Origin: Lama guanicoe
Taxonomy: Eukaryota
Reading direction: 5' to 3'
Assembly: GCA_013239625.1 (NCBI GenBank)
Contig: MU054187.1
Coordinates: forward strand, 20,587,280 to 20,651,279
DNA: 64,000 bases
Position numbers and translations under genes: made by a program. The notes beneath the pieces were generated by a model, which did not search any database, had not been told where the DNA came from, and saw only the letters and a list, made by a program, of their open reading frames with translations. Within the stretch, counting starts at the first letter, position 1; the number at the start of each line of letters is the position of its first letter. This document shows positions 1 through 12,029 of the stretch, piece by piece.

Positions 1-125
1 AACAGCTACATAATGAATTCTTCTAACCATATAAATGAAACAGTGATTTTTTTTGAAAAGTGAATTAGGTTAATATTTTCCCTTACTGGATGACTTTTAT
101 TGTTTAGTGTAGTTGTCTTTACACA

Positions 126-817
126 TTGATCCTGCCATTTCCCCATGTGATGGTGACGTTGTTCGCATGATAAACCAGTGAGTAAAATCCATTCCTGTTA
201 CCATAGTGACGGAACCAGGTAAACCAAGCCAAAAATGATTACTGCACGGTACCCCTGCTGGTGAAAGGGATTAAGTCCAGTCATGGTTCATTCATTGCAA
301 AGCTTGTTCTGCACAAGATGATCTGTTAATTGGAGGTCCGTAATTGCTGAAGTCATTTGCTAAAGTGGGAGAAGCCAATTTGAAGAGGAAGTTGATACAG
401 AGGGAATCACAAGCTTAGAGAATTTTAAGCAAACCATGCCAGAGCCTTGAGCAAACTGTGCCTAGGAATTTTAATTATATGAGTCAATATGGTCCCTCCA
501 TAGCTGAAATAAGTTTGAATTGAGTTTTCTATTTCTTGGGATTAAAATGATCTGAAATCAGTCATGAGCATAACGGCAAACCCTAGCTTACAGAGAGGGC
601 ACTTAGTAATTATGGAGTGGTGGTGGTCCACATAAACTGATTTCTGAGGACAGAGCACATTATAAACTGCTAATTATGCTCGAGATAACAAAACTTATGA
701 CCAATTTCTATGGTCATATTTTTTTTTTCCTTAAGTGGTTGCAGGAACTGAGTAAAAAAAGTTTTTCTTTGGCTGAGGCTAGAACCACATGAACAAAAAA
801 GAGAAGAGTATTATCTC
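126..817. repeat. Copy A of a 692-bp near-identical duplication (copy B at 2316-3007)
   Basis: Direct comparison at offset 2190; differences seen at 211 g/2401 t, 657 a/2847 g and 704 a/2894 t. Confidence 0.95.
190..560 (+). mobile_element. Old MaLR LTR fragment (MLT1J/K-like)
   Basis: 3' end 'aagtttgaattgagttttctatttcttggg' resembles the MLT1 terminus (...gtttgagttgggtttctgtcacttgcaac); highly diverged. Confidence 0.45.
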
Positions 818-1139
818 GCAAAGAAGGCAGTGATTGCCCTGGAAGGCAGGAGATACAGGTCATGAACCTCACTTTTCCACTCAATTTTAGAAGGCTTTTT
901 TAGTATATCTTTTAAGTGAAAAGTTCAACTAGATGACTTTTGATTCCACTCAAATTTAAATAGCTTTTGACACTGAGTGGGGTGTGGTTATGTATGTATA
1001 ACCATTGATTTTTCATTTATAAGGCACTGCTTTTATTAAATTCTACCGTTAGCATAGTCTGACAACTTTTGCATGATCTAAGAAATAAAGAAAATACTTG
1101 CAAAGGTACAGATAACTTTCAGAGGACTGACACTCAAAT

Positions 1140-1570
1140 ACTTATTAATTCAATAGATATTATTAAGCACATACTATATGGCCAAATGAATATAGTAGGT
1201 GGGATTGAAAACCAAAGGAAAACAATTCCTGACTTGAAGAAATCTACAGTCTAGTAAAATATCAAACGTACAAGCATTTAAAATGCAGTATTCAGGGGGA
1301 TAGTATAGCTTAGTGGTAGAGTGCATGCTTAGCATGCACGAGGTCTGGGTTCAATCCCCAGTGCCTCCATTAAAAATTAATAAATAAAAACCTAATTGCC
1401 CACCCCAAAAAACACAGAAAAACTCTTAAAAATAAAATAAAATGCAGTATTCCAAATGCTTTGTGTACTAGATACATTTAAAAGAAGTATGCTGATCATA
1501 ATTGAGAGAATACTTACTTCTGCCTGTAAGGTCAGGTTAAACTACTAAGAGATGGTCACTATTGAGACAA
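1140..1570 (-). mobile_element. L2 3' fragment, interrupted by a SINE
   Basis: 'attcaatagatattattaagcacatactatatggcca...ttcctgacttgaagaaatctacagtctag' matches the reverse complement of the L2 3' end. Confidence 0.6.
1294..1437 (+). mobile_element. tRNA-Ala-derived SINE (camelid vic-1-like)
   Basis: A box TAGCTTAGTGG, anticodon loop TTAGCAT, B box GGTTCAATCC, tail ccattaaaa..cctaattgcccacccc..A-rich; perfect 15-bp TSD taaaatgcagtattc at 1279-1293 and 1438-1452. Confidence 0.92.
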
Positions 1571-1760
1571 CATAAAAGATAATTAAAAAGAAAAAAAACA
1601 TTGGGGAAATAGCAGAAAGAAAATGGTATTTGCTGTCATTAAACTGTATACTCCTTCAAAGCAGGATAATGAGACTCACAGTTTTATGTCAGAGGTCTAG
1701 CACTGCAATGATCACAGAGAAGACACTTCATAACTGCTTCTTTAAGAGTGCATGGAATGC

Positions 1761-2315
1761 NNNNNNNNNNNNNNNNNNNNNNNNNNNNNNNNNNNNNNNN
1801 NNNNNNNNNNNNNNNNNNNNNNNNNNNNNNNNNNNNNNNNNNNNNNNNNNNNNNNNNNNNNNNNNNNNNNNNNNNNNNNNNNNNNNNNNNNNNNNNNNNN
1901 NNNNNNNNNNNNNNNNNNNNNNNNNNNNNNNNNNNNNNNNNNNNNNNNNNNNNNNNNNNNNNNNNNNNNNNNNNNNNNNNNNNNNNNNNNNNNNNNNNNN
2001 NNNNNNNNNNNNNNNNNNNNNNNNNNNNNNNNNNNNNNNNNNNNNNNNNNNNNNNNNNNNNNNNNNNNNNNNNNNNNNNNNNNNNNNNNNNNNNNNNNNN
2101 NNNNNNNNNNNNNNNNNNNNNNNNNNNNNNNNNNNNNNNNNNNNNNNNNNNNNNNNNNNNNNNNNNNNNNNNNNNNNNNNNNNNNNNNNNNNNNNNNNNN
2201 NNNNNNNNNNNNNNNNNNNNNNNNNNNNNNNNNNNNNNNNNNNNNNNNNNNNNNNNNNNNNNNNNNNNNNNNNNNNNNNNNNNNNNNNNNNNNNNNNNNN
2301 NNNNNNNNNNNNNNN
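1761..2315. other. Assembly gap (555 N)
   Basis: Run of N. Confidence 1.
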
Positions 2316-3007
2316 TTGATCCTGCCATTTCCCCATGTGATGGTGACGTTGTTCGCATGATAAACCAGTGAGTAAAATCCATTCCTGTTACCATAGTGAC
2401 TGAACCAGGTAAACCAAGCCAAAAATGATTACTGCACGGTACCCCTGCTGGTGAAAGGGATTAAGTCCAGTCATGGTTCATTCATTGCAAAGCTTGTTCT
2501 GCACAAGATGATCTGTTAATTGGAGGTCCGTAATTGCTGAAGTCATTTGCTAAAGTGGGAGAAGCCAATTTGAAGAGGAAGTTGATACAGAGGGAATCAC
2601 AAGCTTAGAGAATTTTAAGCAAACCATGCCAGAGCCTTGAGCAAACTGTGCCTAGGAATTTTAATTATATGAGTCAATATGGTCCCTCCATAGCTGAAAT
2701 AAGTTTGAATTGAGTTTTCTATTTCTTGGGATTAAAATGATCTGAAATCAGTCATGAGCATAACGGCAAACCCTAGCTTACAGAGAGGGCACTTAGTAAT
2801 TATGGAGTGGTGGTGGTCCACATAAACTGATTTCTGAGGACAGAGCGCATTATAAACTGCTAATTATGCTCGAGATAACAAAACTTATGACCATTTTCTA
2901 TGGTCATATTTTTTTTTTCCTTAAGTGGTTGCAGGAACTGAGTAAAAAAAGTTTTTCTTTGGCTGAGGCTAGAACCACATGAACAAAAAAGAGAAGAGTA
3001 TTATCTC
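2316..3007. repeat. Copy B of 126-817, an isolated contig between two gaps
   Basis: Only three substitutions seen relative to 126-817. Confidence 0.95.
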
Positions 3008-3330
3008 NNNNNNNNNNNNNNNNNNNNNNNNNNNNNNNNNNNNNNNNNNNNNNNNNNNNNNNNNNNNNNNNNNNNNNNNNNNNNNNNNNNNNNNNNNNNN
3101 NNNNNNNNNNNNNNNNNNNNNNNNNNNNNNNNNNNNNNNNNNNNNNNNNNNNNNNNNNNNNNNNNNNNNNNNNNNNNNNNNNNNNNNNNNNNNNNNNNNN
3201 NNNNNNNNNNNNNNNNNNNNNNNNNNNNNNNNNNNNNNNNNNNNNNNNNNNNNNNNNNNNNNNNNNNNNNNNNNNNNNNNNNNNNNNNNNNNNNNNNNNN
3301 NNNNNNNNNNNNNNNNNNNNNNNNNNNNNN
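3008..3330. other. Assembly gap (323 N)
   Basis: Run of N. Confidence 1.
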
Positions 3331-3776
3331 TTAGTGGTAGATGCTTAGCATGCACGAGGTCTGGGTTCAATCCCCAGTGCCTCCATTAAAAATTAATAAA
3401 TAAAAACCTAATTGCCCACCCCAAAAAACACAGAAAAACTCTTAAAAATAAAATAAAATGCAGTATTCCAAATGCTTTGTGTACTAGATACATTTAAAAG
3501 AAGTATGCTGATCATAATTGAGAGAATACTTACTTCTGCCTGTAAGGTCAGGTTAAACTACTAAGAGATGGTCACTATTGAGACAACATAAAAGATAATT
3601 AAAAAGAAAAAAAACATTGGGGAAATAGCAGAAAGAAAATGGTATTTGCTGTCATTAAACTGTATACTCCTTCAAAGCAGGATAATGAGACTCACAGTTT
3701 TATGTCAGAGGTCTAGCACTGCAATGATTACAGAGAAGACACTTCATAACTGCTTCTTTAAGAGTGCATGGAATGC
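3331..3776. repeat. Near-identical duplicate of 1310-1760, including most of the SINE
   Basis: Matches 1310-1760 apart from a 5-bp deletion (gtgca) near its start and a c/t substitution in 'aatgatcacag/aatgattacag'. Confidence 0.95.
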
Positions 3777-3979
3777 ACGGCGGTAGGGATGGGGGCTGTG
3801 GGGGTTGGTGATTGAAAATGATAGAAAGAGTGGGAGGAAGCAGGGCAAATGCCCAGGAAACTTACAAAGCACTGTGGAAGAATGATGGCTATTGTGTGTG
3901 TTGCTGCAGCTAAGCAGAAAGTTGGGTGAACTAGAAAAACATATTGTTTCATTAATGAAAACTTATGGCAATGCATAAT

Positions 3980-4520
3980 CATGACCTGTCAGAACAGGAA
4001 GGTCATGCCATGGAGAGTCTTACAGAGTAGGTTAATTACTGCTGATTTTGTTGTTTAAATAATGAGTACCCACGGGAGAATTTTGAGAAAAGATGACATG
4101 ATCAAAAATGCTTTCTACAGTGACCACATAAGCAGCATTGTGGAGACTGGATTAGAATGGCAGAAAGTTAAATGAGGGAAAAATATTTAGGAAGTTGTTG
4201 CCAAGGAAAGGTATCACTGTCAGCTATGATAGTGGCAGTGAATCCATACAGAAGAGAAGAGTTGAAATGGCTACCAATTTAATAGATAGTAAAACAGATC
4301 AAGCATGCTGATTTATTAGCTACACTGAACAAAAGAGATGGAAGCTATAAGATGACTTCCAGATTTTCAGCTCGTACAATTGAGTCGAGGTTGTAGTTCT
4401 TCTTTAATGTTAAGTACAAGAAGAGATGCATGTGAGTGAGCATTGAGATTCGATTTGGAATTTAGAACATAAATCAATAACCTATCTGAAAGATCTCAGG
4501 TGTGGATTTGACATAGTGCT
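3980..4520 (-). mobile_element. L2 fragment
   Basis: Typical reverse-L2 motifs: 'gatgacatgatcaaaaatgc', 'gcagcattgtggagactggattagaatggcaga', 'aagatgacttccagattttcagct'. Confidence 0.7.
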
Positions 4521-5208
4521 GATGCTTTCATAGGTCCTGGAATTATTTCAACAGTGAAATGTTTTTGGTGTGGTAAGAAAAAACAAAAATCATAATGAAC
4601 TCATTGTCTTCATTTTAGGTTATTTGTGTCTCTGGAGGGCTGCAACGGCAAAGTGTGCACTATCATTTTAATTAATTTGCCAAGTTTCAAGTATTTTAAA
4701 AATGTACTCATTCATTAAAAAATCTGCCTGAGAAAGTTATTCTACGTGAGCTTTCCTGGGGGCTGGCATCTTGATTGGATCATTATTACCAAGACCTAGC
4801 CCCACTCAACAGCCTGCATGGAAGCCTCAGGCCAAACAACATACAGAACACAGCCCCCTGAGCCACAAACACCTCTAGACAGGGCCCTACCCACCAGAGG
4901 TCCAGGACCAGGCTTCACCCAGTAGCAAGCAGGCACTGGTTCCTCCTGCCAGGAAACTTGCATAAGCTTCTAGTCCAGCCTCATCCACCAGGGGCAAACA
5001 CCAGAAGTAAGGAAATAATCCCAAAAGCCTGTGGAAGGAATTCACAAACACAGGCCACATTCTACACTGGGGCCGGCTGGACCCTGGACCTTGGGTGACA
5101 AGAGAGGAGTGTACTGTTAGGACACATAGGATGACTCCCACAGAGGGCCACCCCTCCAAGGTCGAGAAACATAACTAACCTACCTAAAAATACAAATAGA
5201 AAGACAAC

Positions 5209-6061
5209 ATGAGGTGGCAGGAGTATCTCCCAGGACAAGGTGCAACATAAAATCCCAGAAGAAGAAATAAGTGATGAGGAGATAGGAAATTCATCTGAGA
5301 AAGAGTTTAAAGTAATGATGGTGAAGATGTTCAGAAAACTCACGAGGAGTATGGTTGCACAGAGGGAAGGTTTTAGCAGAGTTGGAAAATAGACAGAATA
5401 CCCAAACAGAGTTGAATAACACACTAGAAGGAACCAAGAATGGACTAAATGAGGCAGAAGAACAGATTAATGAGCTAGAAGACAAATTAGTGGAAACCAC
5501 TACTGAAGAACAGAAAAAAGAAAAAAAGAATGAGAAGAAATGAAGATAGTTTAAGACAATTTTGGGACAACATGAAGTTCACTAATATTCACATTACAGA
5601 GAAAGAGAAGAGAGAAAGAACCTGAGAACATTTTTGGAGAGATAATAACTGAAAAATTCCCCAACTTGGGAAAGGAAACAGTCACCCAAGTCCAGGAATC
5701 ACAGAGTTCCACACAGGATCAACCCAAAGAGGAACACACCAAGGCACATAGTCATCAAATTGATAACAATTAAGGATAAGGAGAAAATATTAAAATTAGC
5801 AAGAGAAAAGCAACAAATAACATACAGGGGAACTCCCATAAGTTACCAGCTGATTTTCAGCACAAATTCTACAGGGCAGAAGGGAGTGGTACGATATATT
5901 TAAAGTGATAAAAGGGGAAAACTTACAAGGAAGAATACGCTATCCAGGAAGGCTCTCATTCAGACTTGATGGAGAAATCAAAAGATTCACAGGTAAAAAA
6001 GCTAAAAGAATTCAGCACCACCAAACCAGCTTTACAACAAATGTTAAATGACCTTCTCTAG
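5209..6061 (+). pseudogene. Degenerate L1 ORF1 (frameshifted)
   Basis: ATG at 5209; coiled-coil segment ...NNTLEGTKNGLNEAEEQINELEDKLVETTTEEQKKEK; C-terminus FSTTKPALQQMLNDLL*. Confidence 0.9.
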
Positions 6062-6126
6062 TCATCAAAGCATAAGAAAAGAGAACAAAAAGAAGAAAGA
6101 GAAAAAAAAGAAAAAAGACCTACAAG

Positions 6127-6430
6127 AGATTGCTTTGGCAGTTCAGGGACTTTTATGGGTCCATGTAAATTTTGGAATTGTTTGTTCTAGTTCTGTGAAA
6201 ATCTCATGAGTATTTTGACAGGCGTTGCATTGGATCTATGGATTGCTTTGGGTGGCACGGCCATTTTGATAATGTTGATTCTTCCAACCCAGGAGCACAA
6301 GATACCTTTCCATTTCTTTGTATCATCTTCCATTTCCTTCATCAGTGTTTTTACAGTTTGCTGAGTATAGGTAACCTCCTTGGTTAAGTTTATTTTTAGG
6401 TATTTTTTTGTTTTTGATGCAATGGAAATG
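6127..6430 (-). mobile_element. L1 ORF2 fragment (post-RT region), antisense to the adjacent ORF1
   Basis: Translates KKYLKINLTKEV...KTLMKEMEDDTKKWKGILCSWVGRINIIKMAVPPKAIHRSNATPVKI, a hallmark L1 ORF2p segment. Confidence 0.92.
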
Positions 6431-6489
6431 TTTATGCCAGCTATAAAATTCTGGTTTTTGAAGTGAAAAGAAAAAAATAGTGAATGAAG

Positions 6490-6652
6490 TGCCACAAATG
6501 GCAAAATATCCTTCTTTCTTACAGGTGAGTTGTATATCATTACATATATAAGGTGCAAATTCTTATCCATTTGTCTTACAATGATTCCATATCTTGGCAA
6601 CTATAAATAATGTTGCTGTTAACAGCAGGTGTAGTATGTTTTTGAATTAATT
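6490..6652 (-). mobile_element. L1 ORF2 C-terminal fragment, antisense
   Basis: Translates ..IYVMIYNSPVRKKDILPFVA, similar to L1 ORF2p ..IYTMEYYSAIKKNEILPFA; DNA 'ttccatatcttggcaactataaataatgttgct'. Confidence 0.75.
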
Positions 6653-7894
6653 CTTATTATGTGATTGGCCTTACTCCTTTGATAATTAGGAAAGTTTAAA
6701 AAGCCAAAGCTCTAAACATTGTTAGAAACAATGAACAGTACATATATGTAAATTTTAAAAATATGTACAGTATATTGTGTATAAATACACATAATAAATA
6801 TATGTGCAGTCAAATTGTAACAATAATACCTAATAAAACTGAAAAATGAAAAAAAACTGCCTGAGAAAAGACTCATCATCAGATAACATAGAGGTTTTCC
6901 TTCCATGTTCTAATTTTTTTTCAGTTTTTATCAAAAAAAAAAGCTAACTTCCCATCTGCTCCTATTGTTACCATGGCACCATTACTATAGGGATTTATAA
7001 GTGAACAAAACAGAAAAAAAATCCTCTTGTCTCATAGAACTTATCTATTATTTACTAAAAGGGTAATCTGAGATATCAGTGTTGGCATTGAGAAAGTGAA
7101 TGATAAAACTAAATAATAAATTGTTGTGAAATGCATGTGGTTTCCAATTATTTGCATTCAAAAGAATTCAAATGAGATGGATGAAAATTTTGACATATAA
7201 CACAGAAAGAAAACGAATAATTGAGTGCTATTGTCATAACAAAGCTTTTAAATTTCTTCTATTATTTTCAACCAGGCGTCTTAGCAACTACACTATGCAA
7301 ATCAAAGCACCTGATGATGCCCACAAGAGGCAGTAACATCTATGTACGTCAAATAACTTGAAAAAGAGGCCTGTTCACCCCAGTAATATGCAGTTTCATA
7401 ATTTTATATTTATAGTTAATAATTACTTATCAAAAATGTAATGTGTCTGTTGTACACTAATTATCATTTTAATGATGCTTAATTCCAGAGGGTGCTTTTA
7501 AAATACTTAGACACATCTGGTCAAGGGACATTTTTTAATAGTTTCAATTTAAATGTATATCTATACAGAGAGGAATAGGGATAAGAATAAAGATATTTGT
7601 TGAAGATGATACTAAAATGATCCAAAAGCTTTAAACTATAAGGGCATATTATTTTAAAATATACTTTTTTGTAGGAAGTATAATTAAATCAAAATTTTAA
7701 AATAAAAATAAAATTATATAAAATATTCAATTTTAAAGGAATTTGATTAAGTAATAGGAGTTTTGTTAATGTGGCCTTTAGAATTGAGTCTATTCTTTCT
7801 AAAACCACAAATAACTATATTGTGAATTACCTTTTCTAAACATCTATGAGCATTTTGAAGGCAGTGGTCCTATCCCTACAGCATACTTACTAAT

Positions 7895-8432
7895 TGCAAT
7901 AGTTATATATTCTTACATAGCAAATTATTCCAAACTTAGTGTCTTAAATTAACAATAGATATTATTTTATAGGTGCTCTGGGTCAGGAATCTGAGTACTC
8001 TTAGCTGAGTCTTCTCAGTGTGGGTCTCTCACTTACAGATGTCAACTCTGGACTCGGCTGGGAAGGATCCACTTCCTCGCTGACTCCCTGTTTGTTGGCT
8101 GGATGCAGTTTCTTGTGGGTTATTGGACTGAAGCCTCAGATGCTCACAAGCTGTAGTTGGCCCCTCTGTCCCTCATCATGTGGGTCTTTCCACAGAGCAT
8201 CTCACTACATGGCAGCCACGTCATCTGATCAAGCAAACAAGAAAACAGAGATAGTGACAGCAAGAAAGTCACAGTTTTTGTAGGCTAGTCATGAAAGTGG
8301 TGTCTTTTTTGTTGTGTTCTGTTGGTTAGAAGGAAGTCACTAGGTCCAGCCCAAACATAAGGAAAGAGAGCAAAGCCAGGAATATTGGGAGGGAGAGGTC
8401 CCTGGGAGTCACATTTAAAGGTGCCTACCACA
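7895..8432 (-). mobile_element. MaLR solo LTR (MLT1F/G-like)
   Basis: 'caaattattccaaacttagtgtcttaaa...gggtcaggaatctgag...ggaaggatccacttcc...gttagaaggaagtcactaggtccagccca...gcctaccaca'. Confidence 0.8.
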
Positions 8433-8854
8433 CTAAGTGTGCCTTTAACTGACTGGTGTTTAAATGAAGTTACCTCACCAAACAGTGATTGGGCACACAT
8501 CACGCACCAGGAGGGAAGGAATCAGAAAGTAACGTAACTTTATTATAAACCAAATGCAATCTCTATATTTGTTCAGTGTAGAAAATGCTACAGTGCATAA
8601 CTTTGGCCTTAGACATATAACTATCAAGATAATAGAAAAAATAGACAGTACAATTGGTTTAGAGACATCATATTATGTGACTCAAATTACTTTGCCAAAG
8701 AGGTGGGAAAAATTTCATGGTGCCAATTTTTGGGGAAATTTTAAATCCATAAGAGACGATTATAGGGATATCAAATAGTTAAGTTTTAATGGAAGTTTTA
8801 TCCACAAAGTATGAGGTACTTTATCCGTTATATTTCAGGTCTTACTCTATGGCT

Positions 8855-9056
8855 CAATGGTTCTAAAAGTGTGACCCAGATACTCTGAAAAAATTTTTCA
8901 GGGTGTCCTACTGCCTAAAATTATTTCCATAATAATATGAGGACATAATTTGCCTTTTTACTCTCATTCTTTCCAGAATATACAATAGTTTTCCTGAGGT
9001 TACATTACATGGGATCTTACAGTAGATTGAAAAAGTAGATATGAAAATCCAGCTGA
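8855..9056. mobile_element. hAT-Charlie family DNA transposon fragment
   Basis: TIR-like start 'caatggttctaaaagtgtg'; internal 'tttttactctcattct...gatatgaaaatccagctg' resembles Charlie-type consensus. Confidence 0.55.
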
Positions 9057-9059
9057 TAT

Positions 9060-9224
9060 GGGAGGAGGATATAGTTCGGGGTAGAGTATGTGCCTAGCAT
9101 GCACAAGGTCCTGGGTTCAGTCTCTGGTCCCTCCATTAAATAAACAAACAAACAAACAAACAAATATATAAGCAAGCTTGATTACCTGCCCCACCAGGAA
9201 AAAAAAAGCATAAAAAAAAGAAAA
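9060..9224 (+). mobile_element. tRNA-Ala-derived SINE (vic-1-like), diverged
   Basis: 'gtagagtatgtgcctagcatgcacaaggtcctgggttcagtc...ctccattaaa(taaa/caaa)n...ttgattacctgcccc' plus an A-tail. Confidence 0.88.
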
Positions 9225-10189
9225 TGTTAAGATAGAAAAATACATTTATATTATTAGATTTATTTTCCCATCATACAATTTGCTTTAGTTAAGTTTAAAA
9301 TTGAGATATCACTTCAATAAGAAAAGGCATTCATGGAAAATGACAATCATTTTTTAAATAAGAAGATCATTTTGAGTGTTAATGTAAAATCAATGGCCCC
9401 TATTAATGACCGCATAAATATTTACTACATTAATGTATCTGGAAATATTAAAGCAATATTTTTCTATCTAATAGAGTAAGATTATAAAGGAAAGACCACA
9501 ATTATATCAGCAAAGTCAGTGTGAGGGCAAAGCAGAATAACTTTTAATGAGTTTTAGATGTACATTTTTAATAAGGTTTGCACTTTATCTTGTGAAAAAT
9601 GTGAGGACTGTAAATAGAATCGGGGGACAATTTTACTAGTCTATGCTTCTGAAAATACAATACTTCTTCACAATATTAAAAAACCTTCCAGTATCTCTAG
9701 TAATATATATTTGGAGGATCTTTTCTTTAAATAATTAGTTTTAATGATATGCTATGGTAGAACATTATCATCAATTGGTGTTTTAAAAGTAGGAGTGGAA
9801 AATGTCATTATACTTAGCAGAACGGTAGTGTTTTCATGGATGGACTATAATGGAAAAGCCCCAATGACAGATAAAAAACCCAAGTTTTATTTCATTTTAT
9901 TAAGTTAAGAGCCACTGAATTTAAAATGGGAACAAGGCCAGCAATAGATAACAAATTACAGCTCAAATAAATTAAAGTGTTAATCTTATATTTCTCTAGT
10001 CACAGATTCATTTGAGATTATTCTCATTTTCTGTATTCTAGGATCAGCATATATAATTTCATTGTGCATCATAAATGTGAGAATTTTTTTTCTAAATCCA
10101 GTTCAGTAATAGATGAACCAATAAAGGAATATTTGCCTCCCACAAGCACCTAGTCCATAAAGCAAAAACTGCAGTAGGTGAAACTCATA

Positions 10190-11800
10190 CCATTTAGCTT
10201 TCCAGTCTGATTAGAATCTAGAAATTTGCAAGAGATCATCATTTCCACACTAACAAATAAGACAAGCTATCTAATTAAGAAAAAATAATCAGTTAGCTAA
10301 TCATGCAAAGAAACAAATAAATTGCAGGAAAGAAGTCCATGACTGCTAACAATTATAAGCACAGCGCAAAGAGAAACCAACACTATATAGATTAGGGTAA
10401 GAAGTAACCAGTGTAATTTTTAACAAACACTTAACAGCCATGTTAAGCATGGTCTACAGATTAGAAATTTAAGAAACATCAATTGCAGTAATTCACTTGC
10501 CAATTTTTTTTTTCCTGAGGGGCATTTATCAAGTGCAGAGCAAGAGCACAGCAAAAGCAGAGGCAAGAAAGTAGAACTAAGAGAGAACCCCTAGGAGCAT
10601 GAGTCTTTGCAAAACTGAATATCAGCAGGCGCCCAAAGGCCGTGAGTAGGATGGGAATGCTGAGAGAAATCACGTGAGTTATACCTGGTTGTACCTTGCA
10701 AGAGCAAGGCATGAGAACTGAAGGGGGGTCAGCTAATGGGAACTCATCAAGGTACACGGGTATCCTCTCTGAACGCCCAGCAATGGCTCACCAAAGGCTG
10801 GGGAGAGTGCAGGAAAACTAAAATCACTACTCCAAATGCAGTGGTCCTTTCTAAGTGCATGGTAGCAGTCTGAAAGTGACCAGGGGTAGAAAAAGACAAC
10901 ACAAGGACTGTGACGGTCCAAAGACGGTGGCGTAGAGACCAAGATAGCTGAGAGAAATCCTCTTAAAGTCTTCAACAACTGAAAGCAGCACCCAACAACG
11001 TCAAAAGAAAGGCAGTAAGATTAAGACAGGCTACCTGGCAATACCTGAGCAACATCAAAGGGGTTGATGGGTGGTAAAGAAGAGAGAGATCACCGGAGCA
11101 TCACTAGTGCTCCGATTCCAAACCTTGCCTAAAAGAAAATTTTGATTCTGTCTCAAAATATTTCAAGTCAGTGATTAACTGAATCAAAATAACTACAAAG
11201 TAAACAAACACAGAGCTAACTCAACTATCTGTTAAACTGACTTGTTCTTCTGATGGAGGAAGAGCCAAAAGTGTAGATATTTTCTACTTCCATCTTGACA
11301 GTTCTTTTGTAAGCACAAAACACGTAGAGAAGGAAAAAAAAAGGAAAAGAAAAAAGAGAGCGAGAGACTGATGACCAAGAGAAAAAATAGCAAAAGAAAC
11401 TATGCAAAAGTTGGAATTAGCAGGAAAGCACTTGTTTACAAAGGATACAAACACATAGAAAACCTCTTAAAAAACATATGCAACATGTGTAAACAGATGG
11501 GAAACCTTCAAAAGGAAATCAAAACTAAAAAAAGGAAGAAAATAAATGATGGAAGAGTTAATTTGATGGGCTTGATAGGGGACTGAGCACAACAGGAAAG
11601 ATAAAAGACAATGAACATGAAGACAAGTCACTAGAAATTAATGAAATTGAAGCCCATTAAAAAAAAAAGTTGGTCTGAGGTCTATGGGTCAATATTATGT
11701 GTTTAACATATGTGTAATTAAGGTCACAAACATTGAAAAGAGATTAAACAATAATAGATCTGAAGAGAAAATGGCTAATAGTTTTCAAAGAGCTGAACAT
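10190..11800 (+). mobile_element. Old L1M 5'UTR/ORF1 remnants
   Basis: A-rich ORF1-like 'atgtgtaaacagatgggaaaccttcaaaaggaaatc...gaacatgaagacaagtcactagaaatta...aacatatgtgtaattaaggtc'; boundaries approximate. Confidence 0.5.
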
Positions 11801-12029
11801 TCAAATATTTATATATAAGAATATATATTGTAAAGATTTGCTAAGAATAAATAAGTACAAATATACACACATATGTATATTCTCAGCAAACAAATATACA
11901 TATGTAAGAATATAGGCCTTATATTCATATATAAGAAGATCTATCATATGTATAGATAATGTATATTTTTATCAGGCTTCCTCAAACTGATAAAAAGCAA
12001 ATAAATATATTTACAGATATCATCTAACT

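Larger units (their letters stand above)
4736..6856 (+). mobile_element. TSD-flanked chimeric L1-derived element (half-L1/HAL1-like): partial 5'UTR, ORF1, antisense ORF2 pieces, non-canonical tail and A-tail
   Basis: Flanking direct repeats aaaaaatctgcctgagaaa (4717-4735) and aaaaaaactgcctgagaaa (6850-6868); AATAAA at 6832-6837 followed by an A-rich tail. Confidence 0.8.

Noticed and set aside
126..275. TTAA/piggyBac-like termini (ttgatcc...ggattaa)
   Set aside because: The inverted match is too short, and the segment fits an old MLT1 LTR better.
1630..3389. Long ORFs of 133-236 aa in the ORF track
   Set aside because: They are open only because they run through N gaps.
6187..6600. 137-aa minus-strand ORF as a gene
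   Set aside because: It is a chance fusion of two non-colinear L1 ORF2 fragments.
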